Below are positions 47,333 through 57,165 of a stretch of DNA of 64,000 nt, one piece after another. Positions within the stretch are counted from its first letter, which is position 1. Every line of letters starts with the position of its first letter. Source of the stretch: Pedobacter sp. GTDB lineage: Bacteria > Desulfobacterota > Desulfuromonadia > Desulfuromonadales > Syntrophotaleaceae. The position numbers and the translations under genes are program-made. The stretch covers positions 1 through 64,000 of the forward strand of contig JBFWJC010000005.1 in assembly GCA_050253415.1 (NCBI GenBank), written 5' to 3'. The notes below the pieces were generated by a model. The model saw nothing but the letters and a program-made list of their open reading frames with translations. It was not told the DNA's origin and searched no databases.

Positions 47333-48268
47333 TCAAGAAAAGTTAAAGCTATTACCTCCACTCTTTTTTGATAAATACATACGTTTGTCGGCCTCAGTAA
47401 TTAACTCTTCAGGCGTATCAAGCTTTTCTATCACTTTTGTTATCCCTATGCTTGCAGAGCAATTTACTTTTTCACCACTAATTAGATAAACAAAATTTAG
47501 ATTATTGACAATTCTTTGAGCGATAACTGGAATCTTAGATTCGCATGATATGTTAGGCAATATGATAAAAAATTCATCACCCCCAAGGCGACAAACGATG
47601 TCATTAGCGCGAAGAGACTCTTTCAGTTTTTCTGCAAAGAATTTTAAAACGCTATCACCTACAGAATGCCCGTACTTATCATTTATCAACTTAAATCTGT
47701 CTAGGTCAATAAGTGCTACATAGTAATTTTTTTTGTTATACTTATTGAAGGCAATGATGTCTTTCAACTTATCAATCAAAAAACTTCTATTATATAGCCC
47801 TGTAATTGGATCAGTAATCGACAATCTTTTTAGACTTTTTAATGACATGGTTTGTTTTGTGAAGTCCATGCCAGCAGCTACTATGTTATAACCATTTTCT
47901 GTTTCAGTGTGCTTCACAGCTACTAATTTTACGTTAATGTACGTGGTAGTGCCGTTGGACTTTCTAACTATTATTGTCTTTGTTTTTTCAGGTTCGTTGA
48001 AAATCTTGTCCTTAATGTCAACCTTTTTAAATCCGCGTAATAACTTTATTAAATTTGGTACCTCATATTCTTTTTCATAGGAATCAAACAAGTTTAAAAA
48101 TAAACTGTTAGCCTTTATAAAATTACCGTCTGAGTCAAAGACGCTTATGTAATATCCAAACAAATTCAGTAATTCAAAAGCACTGTATAATTCATGACTG
48201 TTAATCTTATGGGTGATGCCTGTTTTTTTCTTCAAAATAGAACTTTTTTTATTGACAACTTGTTTCAT
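47333..48268 (-). CDS. PAS-like-GGDEF diguanylate cyclase
   Basis: DLDRFKLINDKYGH, RAND I-site, RLGGDEF. Confidence 0.92.
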   Translation of the reverse strand: MKQVVNKKSSILKKKTGITHKINSHELYSAFELLNLFGYYISVFDSDGNFIKANSLFLNLFDSYEKEYEVPNLIKLLRGFKKVDIKDKIFNEPEKTKTIIVRKSNGTTTYINVKLVAVKHTETENGYNIVAAGMDFTKQTMSLKSLKRLSITDPITGLYNRSFLIDKLKDIIAFNKYNKKNYYVALIDLDRFKLINDKYGHSVGDSVLKFFAEKLKESLRANDIVCRLGGDEFFIILPNISCESKIPVIAQRIVNNLNFVYLISGEKVNCSASIGITKVIEKLDTPEELITEADKRMYLSKKSGGNSFNFS

Positions 48269-48355
48269 GTTGGACCTATCACTGAAAATTGTTGACTTAA
48301 AGAATTGAAAGGGTTCTATGCGTCTACAAACGTGTTCCTTGCCTTTAGATCATAG

Positions 48356-48388
48356 AAAAAAGGCCACCTTCAATCCGAAGGTGGCCTT
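48356..48388 (-). terminator. Intrinsic terminator, probable riboswitch expression platform
   Basis: AAGGCCACCTTC...GAAGGTGGCCTT followed by a T run on the minus strand. Confidence 0.75.
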
Positions 48389-48424
48389 AAGCACGCATCT
48401 CAGCAATGCGATACCTTTGTCTCT

Positions 48425-48500
48425 TCGGCAGCTTGGCGATCCACACTTTGTGGACCCATAGCTTTGCGTCCCTGTATTGCTACAGGTTTGCTTTTATCGG
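48425..48500 (-). ncRNA. GEMM-I (c-di-GMP-I family) riboswitch, A20 variant
   Basis: Minus strand CCGATAAAAGCAAACCTGTA-GCAA-TACAGGGACGCAAAGCTATGGGTCC...GGATCGCCAAGCTGCCGA. Confidence 0.9.
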
Positions 48501-49383
48501 AAAACAATATGAAAATAGTTGTGGGCAAACAATGCCCTGTTTAATTACCTTTTTTTGTAAAAAAATAAGATTTAATAAAATCGAGTAACTTGGTCAGTTG
48601 TCAAACAATTGATCTTCACGTAATTTTTTAAAGCATACTTGTTTTGAAGAGACTAATTCTTATATTTCTTCAATTTTTCTGAATGTTAAAAATTGGAACC
48701 ATTTTATCTTAATCGGATTCAAGTGTCATGCTTTTGACTATTCTCTACATCCTAACAAACCTAATTGTCAAGGTTAAATGTTGAGGTTAGGGTGAGTGTT
48801 TCTCCGTTTTTCTGCGGGATCCATCGAATATATCTTGTTGGATAAGCCACCAAGTAGCCACAATAATTTATGCTTTTGGCGTCTGAAAGGTCTGAAGTCC
48901 TGTTAAACATTATTAAGTCCTTATTGAGTTTACCTTGGGCGATTCCGGTTTTTTAGGGTGAATTCGTTGGTTGGTCCTGTTATGTGATACGATTGTCGCG
49001 CGAGCCGTCCTTAAGCCGGGGGGGAGGATACTCTGCTTTTTACGCACCGGAGGCGCCCTAGGTCACCCAAGCAGCAAGATGTCAAAATCATCTCACCGTT
49101 ACGTCAAACATATTCAATCTCCTGTAATGCTAGAATATTACCTGATGATAGGCACTAATGATCGGAAAAATTCCACGCTACAGTTTGACAATTAATTGAA
49201 AAATGGCTTATAAGTTCAATGTGTACGTGGCAAAAACGCTGGCACGCAGCAGGTCCGGGAGGAAAATCACAGAGGATAATCCTGCTTGCTCTTCAGGCCA
49301 GGCGGGTTTGTAATGTCGCTTGTTGTCATCGATATTCATGCTCCTTCTTCGGTCTGAAGAAGGTTTTTTTGTTGGGAGAGGTC

Positions 49384-51543
49384 GTGAGAAGGAAACTTTT
49401 AATTTGTATTAGTGCATTCACTGTCATATTCATCATCATAATAAGCAGCATTATATGGACCCGCAAATGGCGAATGGTGGGGACTGCACCTGCGTATTCA
49501 AATAAAGTTTATAAACTACAATTCGGTCATGACCTGGCGGCTGACAGTGCTCAACACGTAGCAGCACTAAAATTTGCTTCCCTGGTGGAGCAAAGAACGG
49601 CCGGCCGAGTAAACATTCGAGTTTATCCTGATCACCAATTGGGCAACGATCATGAGATGATCGAGGCTACTCGAAACGGCGATTTGGCCATTACCCTTGC
49701 GCCAACGGCCAAATTGAGTTCGATTGTTCCCGCTATGCAATATGTCGATCTGCCTTTTCTTTTTCCCTCTCGAGAAGACGCCTATGAACTCCTGGACGGT
49801 GAACCGGGGCGAATGATACTTGAACAGTTGAATGCTTATGGGCTTGTGGGAGTTACCTACTGGGAAATTGGATTCAAACAGTTTACAGCCAACCGTTCCA
49901 TACGCCTACCTTCCGATTTCAATGGTCTGAACGTTCGGGTTATGAAAAGTCCTCTTATTATGGATCAGTTCAAGGCTTTTGGTGCCAATCCGATTCCCAT
50001 TGAATTTCAACAAACCTACCAGGCCTTGTTTGACGGGGTGGTTGATGCTCAAGAAAACCCATTGGTTTCTATTGTCAATAGGAAATTTTATGAAGTGCAG
50101 TCCGATGTGGTGATCAGCAACCACGCCTATCTCGGGAGCGTTTTTCTTATCAGTAAAAAAATGCTGGATTCCCTTCCGAAGGATCTTCGCGAAACTCTCA
50201 TTGTCACAGCCCAAGAATTGACCTCCTTTGAGAGAGAAGAAACGCAAGAGAGAGAAAAACGATTTCTTGAAATGTTAGAAACAAAAGGGGTCCATATATA
50301 TTTTTTAAATCCCAAAGAACGTGAGAAATTTCGAGCTGCTACTGAACATATCGTCGCAACCTACCGGGACATCATTGGTCCGCAAATTCTGGATATGACT
50401 TTTCAGTATCTAGACAAAAAATCAGTATTTGAAGGGAGTGAAGCAATCGTGATCGGCCTTGATGCCGATATGACGCTTGGCTCGGGATCTTCAGGCTTGG
50501 CCATTAAAAGAGGGATGGAACTTGCGGTCGATGACATTAACATGGCAGGTGGATTGCTGGGAAAAAAATTGAAAATTATAACTCGTGACCATGGGGGGAT
50601 CAGTGCCCGCGGACTGCGAAATATGGATTTTTTCTCGGGGGTCGGGAACTTGGTGGCGGTGATGGGAGGACTACATAGTCCGGTTGCTCTTTCCGAGCTT
50701 GACTTTATCCATCGAAAGAAAATTATCTATCTCGATCCCTGGGCAGCAGCCACCGATATTGTTAATAATGGATATGACCCAAATTACGTATTCAGGATCT
50801 CAGCAAATGACCGGGATGCGGGGCAGTTTATCGTAGAACAGGCTCTCCACAGATATAAGAATATTGCTCTTCTTTTGGAAAATACTGGTTGGGGTCGGAG
50901 CAATTACCAGGCGATAACCGAGACATTGTCGGATAAAGGAGTAATGCCAGTTGAGGTGCAGTGGTTTAACTGGGGTGAAACCGACATGACACCCCAACTA
51001 ACCAAAATCACAGATTCTGGTGCAGATGTTTTACTTATGGTTGCTAACGCACCGGAAGGAGTCAATATTATCCGTAGCATGAGCAAATTATCCTGGAAAC
51101 TCCCCATCCTTTCCCACTGGGGAATTACGGGAGGGGATTTTTGGGCACATGTTCATGGCGACCTGAAATTGGTTGACTTACAATTTTTACAGACATTTTC
51201 CTTTCTCTCTTCGGAAAATGAAAAAGCACGTAATCTTGGGGAGCGGTATTGTCAAAAATACCACCTTCCCAGTACCGAAATGATTTCTGTCCCATGCGGC
51301 ACTGCTCATGCTTACGATTTGGTTCATTTATTAGGTAAGGCCATCATTCGGGCTGGCTCTTTTGATCGGCCTACTGTCAGGGACGCCTTGGAGAAAGTTG
51401 GCTCTTATCATGGAGTGTTGAAAACGTACGAGCCGCCTTTTACAGTGGAGCGGCACGATGCATTGTCCAAGAAAGACTTCTTTCTGGCCCGGTATGATGA
51501 TTATGGTCATATCATTCCGGTGACTGCAGTCGGCCGGCAGTAA
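49384..51543 (+). CDS. Fusion of a TRAP DctP solute-binding domain and a LivK-type ABC solute-binding domain
   Basis: N-terminal TM; YPDHQLG, GLNVRV, YQAL.DGVVDAQENP (DctP); GMELAVDDIN..GGLLG, YVFRISAND, AHAYD (LivK-like); GTG start after GGGAGAGG. Confidence 0.88.
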   Translation: MRRKLLICISAFTVIFIIIISSIIWTRKWRMVGTAPAYSNKVYKLQFGHDLAADSAQHVAALKFASLVEQRTAGRVNIRVYPDHQLGNDHEMIEATRNGDLAITLAPTAKLSSIVPAMQYVDLPFLFPSREDAYELLDGEPGRMILEQLNAYGLVGVTYWEIGFKQFTANRSIRLPSDFNGLNVRVMKSPLIMDQFKAFGANPIPIEFQQTYQALFDGVVDAQENPLVSIVNRKFYEVQSDVVISNHAYLGSVFLISKKMLDSLPKDLRETLIVTAQELTSFEREETQEREKRFLEMLETKGVHIYFLNPKEREKFRAATEHIVATYRDIIGPQILDMTFQYLDKKSVFEGSEAIVIGLDADMTLGSGSSGLAIKRGMELAVDDINMAGGLLGKKLKIITRDHGGISARGLRNMDFFSGVGNLVAVMGGLHSPVALSELDFIHRKKIIYLDPWAAATDIVNNGYDPNYVFRISANDRDAGQFIVEQALHRYKNIALLLENTGWGRSNYQAITETLSDKGVMPVEVQWFNWGETDMTPQLTKITDSGADVLLMVANAPEGVNIIRSMSKLSWKLPILSHWGITGGDFWAHVHGDLKLVDLQFLQTFSFLSSENEKARNLGERYCQKYHLPSTEMISVPCGTAHAYDLVHLLGKAIIRAGSFDRPTVRDALEKVGSYHGVLKTYEPPFTVERHDALSKKDFFLARYDDYGHIIPVTAVGRQ

Positions 51544-51595
51544 CTAAATTGCCTTTGGTGATCAAAATAAAACCAGTGTTGTGTGAATCGAAACG

Positions 51596-54100
51596 ATGAT
51601 ATTTATACGCCAAAAATTGAAAAAAAAATGTTTGAGTAAGCGCCTTGTTATTTGTTTTTCAAGTTTTGTTATCGTCTCTATGGTTTTAATTACGGCAACT
51701 GTAACTGTTGTGGTAACTATTTTCACTTTGGCAGACTTGAAAGAAAATCGTCTACAAAATGTAGCATCGCATGGCATGGATTTATTGGAGCAGCAACTTT
51801 CCTCCCTGATCGAAAACGTTGTGGTGTTCAGTCATAATCATTTTGTCATAAATGGCCTCATCGATCCTTTGGGACGGGAGACTTATTTGCCTCCTCTGGT
51901 TCGAGACTTCAGTTCCCAACCAGGAGTAGCTCGCCTGACTATTGTCGATTTCACGGGGCAAACCATCATTTCAAGTTCAGACAAGCCGCCGAATTTTCAG
52001 ATTATGAAAGAGTTGTTACCTGTCCTGTCAGTCGGTAAGTCCGCTGTCTTAATTTGGGGGAATCCGAAACGGATCATGATCGCCGAGCCTGTGGAATACT
52101 ACAATACTCCGCAAGGAGCGGTGATTTTGGAACTTGACCTACCATTTTTGGCCGCAAAAGTATTATCCCCCAGTTCGGTTGAATTTGAGTCACTGTATTC
52201 TTCCGGGGAAATTATTTTTACCAAGAACTATTTAGATTCGGAATCCTATGTTAAATACAGGGGGGAGCCCACAAGGAGGCATCCGCTTCTTCGGCAATTA
52301 AATATTGAACTTGAGGTCGGTGCCCTCCTAAGCGTTTATCTGAAACCAGTTTTCAGAATTGCTTTTTTGATTGGTGGGATTTCACTGGTGTTCATTTGCG
52401 CAGCTATCTTTCTATCGCGTTACTTGGGGAAAAGCATCGCTCACCCCATTGAGGAATTGTATCGCAGGGTTGAGAGGTCCCAATATGAATCCGTGCGTTG
52501 CAGCCCTTTGGGGACCAATGACGAATTTGAAGCTTTGGCTCAGTCCTTTGATCGGAAGACCGATAGATTGTTAGCCGCGGAAGAAAACTACCGCTTTCTT
52601 TTCAAAAAGAATCCCCAACCCATGTGGGTATATGATTTAGATTCATTACGGTTTTTAGCCGTCAACGACAACGCTCTGACCCATTACGGATATTGCCGGG
52701 AAGAATTTTTGCAAATGACTTGTTTAGATCTTCTTTCTGCGAATGATGACCCGGCTGATGGTATCTTAGAACGCCTCACAGAGGACTCTGAACAACCAAA
52801 GATCTTTCATCATCGTAGGAAAAATGGATCAATTATTGTGATGGATATCGCTTCCCATATACTTCAATTTCATGGCCGGAACGCCGAGTTGGTGGTCGCT
52901 AAAGATGTTACCAAACAGTATTATGTCGAAAAAGCTTTGCGGAAGAGTGAAAAGAAATACAGACTTCTTTCCAGTCAATTTCAAACCATATTAAACGGTA
53001 TTTCCGAACCAATCAGCCTCATGAATTCAGATATGCAGATTGTCTGGGCAAACGAGTCGTATGGAATGTCTGTGGGATGTAAACCAAGACAATTGAGGGA
53101 TCAATTTTGTTACTTTCTTTGGCACGGGAATACTGAAGTCTGTCCAATCTGCCCTGTCAAGGTTTGTTTTGAAACCGGCCAAATTAATGAAGCCAAGGTG
53201 GATACTCCGGATGGCAAAACGTGGCTTCTCAAAGCTTTCCCTATGATAGATTTGCAAGGAAAGGTCGTTAACGTCATTGAAATGGCTAGCGAGATATCCG
53301 AGAAAATCAGACTTCAGCGCGAGTCAGAGCAGTCTGCCCGGTTATCTTCTTTAGGTGAATTGGTTGTTGGTTTGGCACATGAAATAAATAATCCATGCGC
53401 TATCCTTTCTTTTAATATAAGTGTTTTAAATGATTGGTTTGAAAAAAAGTGGCCGCATGTTAATAATTTTATAAAATATGGTGGGTCTGTTAACTTAGTA
53501 GAAAGTAACTGTGCCGACTTTCTAACGGAAATACCAGAGATGCTTGTAGATATGCGTGAAAGTACAGCCAAAATTATAAACATAATAAGGGAATTAAAAT
53601 CATTCGGAAGCATGGAGAAGATTGATGCATTCGAAATACATGACATGAATGAAATTATAAATGCGGCAGTACGACTTACAAATAATGTGTTGAACAAGTC
53701 TACTGATAATTTTGAAATTGTTCTTGCGCCTATGCTACCGAAAATCAAGGCGAGTTTTCAACAAATAGAACAAGTAGTCATTAACCTTATAATTAATGCC
53801 TGTCAGGCTCTCCCGGATAGAAATTGCAAAATTAGCATCACAACCTACTTCGACGAGTCTCTGGGAAAAAACGTACTCAAAATTATGGACGAAGGCAATG
53901 GAATGAGCCCGTCTATCCTCATGCGCATTCAGGATCCGTTTTTCACGACTAGGAGGGATGAGGGAGGTACGGGGTTGGGACTTTCAATTAGCAGGAGGAT
54001 TGTGGAAAATCACAATGGAGAAATTCACATTTTATCTGAACCGAAAAAGGGTACACAAGTCATGGTTTGTTTGCCGGTTAACTGCGAAGAGGGACACTGA
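51596..54100 (+). CDS. Membrane sensor histidine kinase (HAMP-like, 2 PAS, HisKA, HATPase)
   Basis: Two TMs; NPQPMWVYD; LAHEINNP; GTGLGLS. Confidence 0.92.
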   Translation: MIFIRQKLKKKCLSKRLVICFSSFVIVSMVLITATVTVVVTIFTLADLKENRLQNVASHGMDLLEQQLSSLIENVVVFSHNHFVINGLIDPLGRETYLPPLVRDFSSQPGVARLTIVDFTGQTIISSSDKPPNFQIMKELLPVLSVGKSAVLIWGNPKRIMIAEPVEYYNTPQGAVILELDLPFLAAKVLSPSSVEFESLYSSGEIIFTKNYLDSESYVKYRGEPTRRHPLLRQLNIELEVGALLSVYLKPVFRIAFLIGGISLVFICAAIFLSRYLGKSIAHPIEELYRRVERSQYESVRCSPLGTNDEFEALAQSFDRKTDRLLAAEENYRFLFKKNPQPMWVYDLDSLRFLAVNDNALTHYGYCREEFLQMTCLDLLSANDDPADGILERLTEDSEQPKIFHHRRKNGSIIVMDIASHILQFHGRNAELVVAKDVTKQYYVEKALRKSEKKYRLLSSQFQTILNGISEPISLMNSDMQIVWANESYGMSVGCKPRQLRDQFCYFLWHGNTEVCPICPVKVCFETGQINEAKVDTPDGKTWLLKAFPMIDLQGKVVNVIEMASEISEKIRLQRESEQSARLSSLGELVVGLAHEINNPCAILSFNISVLNDWFEKKWPHVNNFIKYGGSVNLVESNCADFLTEIPEMLVDMRESTAKIINIIRELKSFGSMEKIDAFEIHDMNEIINAAVRLTNNVLNKSTDNFEIVLAPMLPKIKASFQQIEQVVINLIINACQALPDRNCKISITTYFDESLGKNVLKIMDEGNGMSPSILMRIQDPFFTTRRDEGGTGLGLSISRRIVENHNGEIHILSEPKKGTQVMVCLPVNCEEGH

Positions 54101-55524
54101 TGGACCAAGAACTATTTCCTGATTTTCCGTTGCTTTTAGTGGATGACGAGGAGTCTTGGCTTCGCAGTTGTTCGCGGGTGCTGAAAAACGCTGGAATCAA
54201 TAACATAGTCAAGTGCAATGACAGCCGCAATGTGATTAAGGCCTTGGCCAGCCAAAAAATCTGCTTGATTCTACTCGACCTGACCATGCCTAAAGTGTCA
54301 GGAGAAAAACTTTTGCCAGAAATTGTAGCAAACTATCCTGAGATTCCCGTCATTATTTTAACTGGGATCAATGAGCTTGAAACTGCCGTACGATGCATGC
54401 GTACCGGGGCGTTCGATTTTTTGGTCAAGACGGATGAAGCGAATAAATTGGTTCTTAGAGTTCGTCATGCACTCGAATTAATAACACTCAAACAGGAAAA
54501 TGCCCGAATAAGGAATTCTTTTCTGGAATCTTCGTTTAAGATTCCAACGGCCTGTGCGAATATAATAACTCGGGACCCAAAGATGTTTTCCATTTTTCGT
54601 TATTTGGAGGCAGTGGCTCGCAGTCCTGAACCCCTGTTGATAACCGGCGAGAGTGGCGTTGGAAAAGAGTTGATAGCGCAAGCCGTACATAAGCTAAGAG
54701 GAGAAAATAAGCCCTTGGTGGCATTGAATGTTGCAGGACTGGAAGACACTTTATTTGCGGATACACTTTTTGGCCATGTAAGAGGAGCCTTTTCTGGAGC
54801 TGAGCAAAAAAGAAACGGGATACTTGAGGAAACCGGCACAGGAACGTTGTTTCTAGATGAAATAGGCGATTTATCGCTTGCTTCACAGGTGAAACTTCTG
54901 CGGTTGTTACAAGAAAGAGAATATCTTCCTGTAGGTAGTGACCGCCCTAAAAAGTTTAAGGGGAGCATTATTTTAGGGACAAATGTAGATTTGACTCAGA
55001 AGCAAGAAACAGGATTGTTTAGAACAGATCTGTATTACAGGCTTTCTACCCATCATGTTCACATACCGCCACTTCGTGAACGCTTGGGTGATCTTCCCTT
55101 ATTAATTGACCATTTTATTGAAGAGGCTGCAAATGCATTAGGCAAAAGTAAACCTATTGCTCCGTCGAAGTTAAAAAACCTTCTGGCTGCTTATCACTTT
55201 CCCGGAAACCTTCGAGAGTTGCGAGGCCTCATTTACGAAGCAGTCCTTTTGCATCACGAAGGACCTCTTTCCACAAAGGTATTCGAAAAGGTTTTGCTAA
55301 ATGCTGGGCAGGTAAAGGGAGACGATGAGAACCTTGTTTCGATGTCCTCTTCTGAAGCGCCTAAATTAATTTTCACGGATCAATTACCCTCAATGGCGGA
55401 AGCAACCCAGCTTTTGATTATGGAAGCGTTGAATCGTTCTCAGGGAAATCAATCGATTGCAGCAACTTTGCTGGGAATTTCCCGTCAGGCATTAAATCGC
55501 AGGATTAATAAAGCCAAAGACTGA
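54100..55524 (+). CDS. NtrC-family sigma54-dependent response regulator
   Basis: REC; GESGVGKE; GAFSGA; FPGNLREL; Fis-type HTH. Confidence 0.93.
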   Translation: MDQELFPDFPLLLVDDEESWLRSCSRVLKNAGINNIVKCNDSRNVIKALASQKICLILLDLTMPKVSGEKLLPEIVANYPEIPVIILTGINELETAVRCMRTGAFDFLVKTDEANKLVLRVRHALELITLKQENARIRNSFLESSFKIPTACANIITRDPKMFSIFRYLEAVARSPEPLLITGESGVGKELIAQAVHKLRGENKPLVALNVAGLEDTLFADTLFGHVRGAFSGAEQKRNGILEETGTGTLFLDEIGDLSLASQVKLLRLLQEREYLPVGSDRPKKFKGSIILGTNVDLTQKQETGLFRTDLYYRLSTHHVHIPPLRERLGDLPLLIDHFIEEAANALGKSKPIAPSKLKNLLAAYHFPGNLRELRGLIYEAVLLHHEGPLSTKVFEKVLLNAGQVKGDDENLVSMSSSEAPKLIFTDQLPSMAEATQLLIMEALNRSQGNQSIAATLLGISRQALNRRINKAKD

Positions 55525-55633
55525 TTTATTTCTGATAGTTGTTAAGATTGTTTTTTTAAAATAGTTGTCTTAATACCCTCCTCCTACATCTTTTGGAACT
55601 GGTAATTCTTTCAGGACCGGTTTTCTACTCGCA

Positions 55634-55813
55634 AACGCCAGCAACAACTGTTGCTGGCGTTCTGTTTTTCGTCTCTTTTCAGATTTCCTTATTTGATTCG
55701 TTAGTAATTGTATAGAACGGTTAAAATTTCAATGAGTTGCGATGTGGCGAGAGGCATCAGATTTTCGCGTTATCATATTTCCCTAAAATGCCAGCAACAA
55801 TTGTTGCTGGCAT
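55634..55813. promoter_or_regulatory. Two GCAACAA(C/T)TGTTGC palindromic UAS sites
   Basis: 55641-55654 and 55794-55807, each inside a longer GCCAGC...GCTGGC palindrome. Confidence 0.75.
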
Positions 55814-55884
55814 CCTTGTCTTGATATTATCCATTTTTCATAAATCACTGTAATAACGGCCACTTAGGGAGGGTTTTACTAAGT

Positions 55885-55900
55885 TGGCAGGGCCTTTGCT
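55885..55900 (+). promoter_or_regulatory. Sigma54 promoter
   Basis: TGGCAGGGCCTTTGCT (GG-N10-GC). Confidence 0.8.
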
Positions 55901-56291
55901 CTAACTGATGTGGTGCGTTAGCTAATATTTTGATTGCTATTATTAAGAACACTTTTTTCCAAGAGTTGCTCCAGGTCAGGATGATTGATTCCCTATTGAT
56001 AATACCTTTTGGCGGTAGATTACTTTGATTTGACAGTATCCTGCCGGATGGATTGTGTGCAAGTGCAAATAAACTTAGGTAACATTTGAAAAACTTTACC
56101 ACTATAACCACAGAACAGCAATAATTGTCGATGTTCAAGCAATGGCAATTTATTTTTTTCATAATCTTAATGCAGTTTAGTTATAAGGGTTTATTTCAAA
56201 ATATTTGTAAGAGTTTGACAAAAAAAGTCCATTAACTGGATTGTTGTCTTGTTCTTTTGATAAATAGTCTGTTTTCAAGAGAAACGGAGAA

Positions 56292-56978
56292 ATGATGAAC
56301 ATTCTAATACTTAACGATTGTGTTTCACCGGATACCGATACCTTTTCATTGCTCAGGGGAATCTGTCATGGAATTCAAAAGTCGCATGAAATAGAGTGGG
56401 TGAATATTCATGATCTTAATATGAAGAACTGCAGGAAATGCTTCAAATGCCAGCCCTGTGGTGAGTGTGTTCTTCCCGAGGACGATGCTCACGAAATTGG
56501 GCGTAAAATTTTCAAAACCGATGCTCTGGTTATAGGTCTTGAGTTTCCAATTCAAAATATTAGCTTGCAATTAAAGAATCTTTTTGATCGTTGTGCTTCT
56601 AACATCGCTGTTCAAAAAATGGATGGGAATATAACCCCATGGCGCAAGGATCGCCCTGTTGCGATCGCGTCATTGAAAACTCGGTCGTTGGTTGCACGAA
56701 TCTTCAATAGAATGGTTGGTAATGATCACTGTTATCTAATGCGAACTCTTAAAGACGGTGGTTTTAAATTAATATGCAACTTTGGAGTGCGACCGAATAA
56801 AAAAATTATTCACAGGGAATTACTGTTTGAGAAAGCAATATTCCTTGGTTCTCGCTTATTTCATAATGATATTTGCAGTTTAAACTTCCTCGTATACATG
56901 CATTCCTTTTATTCCCTCTATCAGAACCTCATTAGAAAAACAATGGCAAGTCTCAAAACACACGTTTTGGAAAAATAG
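56292..56978 (+). CDS. Flavodoxin-fold iron-sulfur flavoprotein-like protein (diverged)
   Basis: CRKCFKC...GECV..EDD...DALVIG..P....QLKNLFDR. Confidence 0.75.
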   Translation: MMNILILNDCVSPDTDTFSLLRGICHGIQKSHEIEWVNIHDLNMKNCRKCFKCQPCGECVLPEDDAHEIGRKIFKTDALVIGLEFPIQNISLQLKNLFDRCASNIAVQKMDGNITPWRKDRPVAIASLKTRSLVARIFNRMVGNDHCYLMRTLKDGGFKLICNFGVRPNKKIIHRELLFEKAIFLGSRLFHNDICSLNFLVYMHSFYSLYQNLIRKTMASLKTHVLEK

Positions 56979-57165
56979 AATTAATTCTCTGCTGGTGAAT
57001 AGAAAATATTGAGAAGGGGAGGCTAACCCAAGGGGTAGGAGCGCCTATCTATGTATTTTGAAATAGGTGGTTTGGCTCCTAACACAATGGCAAGAACTAA
57101 CCCATGAATTCGCAGTGAGGCTGGAAATAATTCCATGGTTAATGTTGTTTATGGCTAATGTTTAG

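Noticed and set aside
187..48268. Hypr/GacA-type cGAMP synthase among the GGDEF proteins
   Set aside because: All keep Asp at the PleD D344-equivalent position (GHxxGD or similar).
49219..49383. N-terminal extension of the DctP-LivK ORF and a nearby TGGCAC sigma54-like motif
   Set aside because: A better RBS and TM start exist at 49384; the motif lacks GC at the -12 position.
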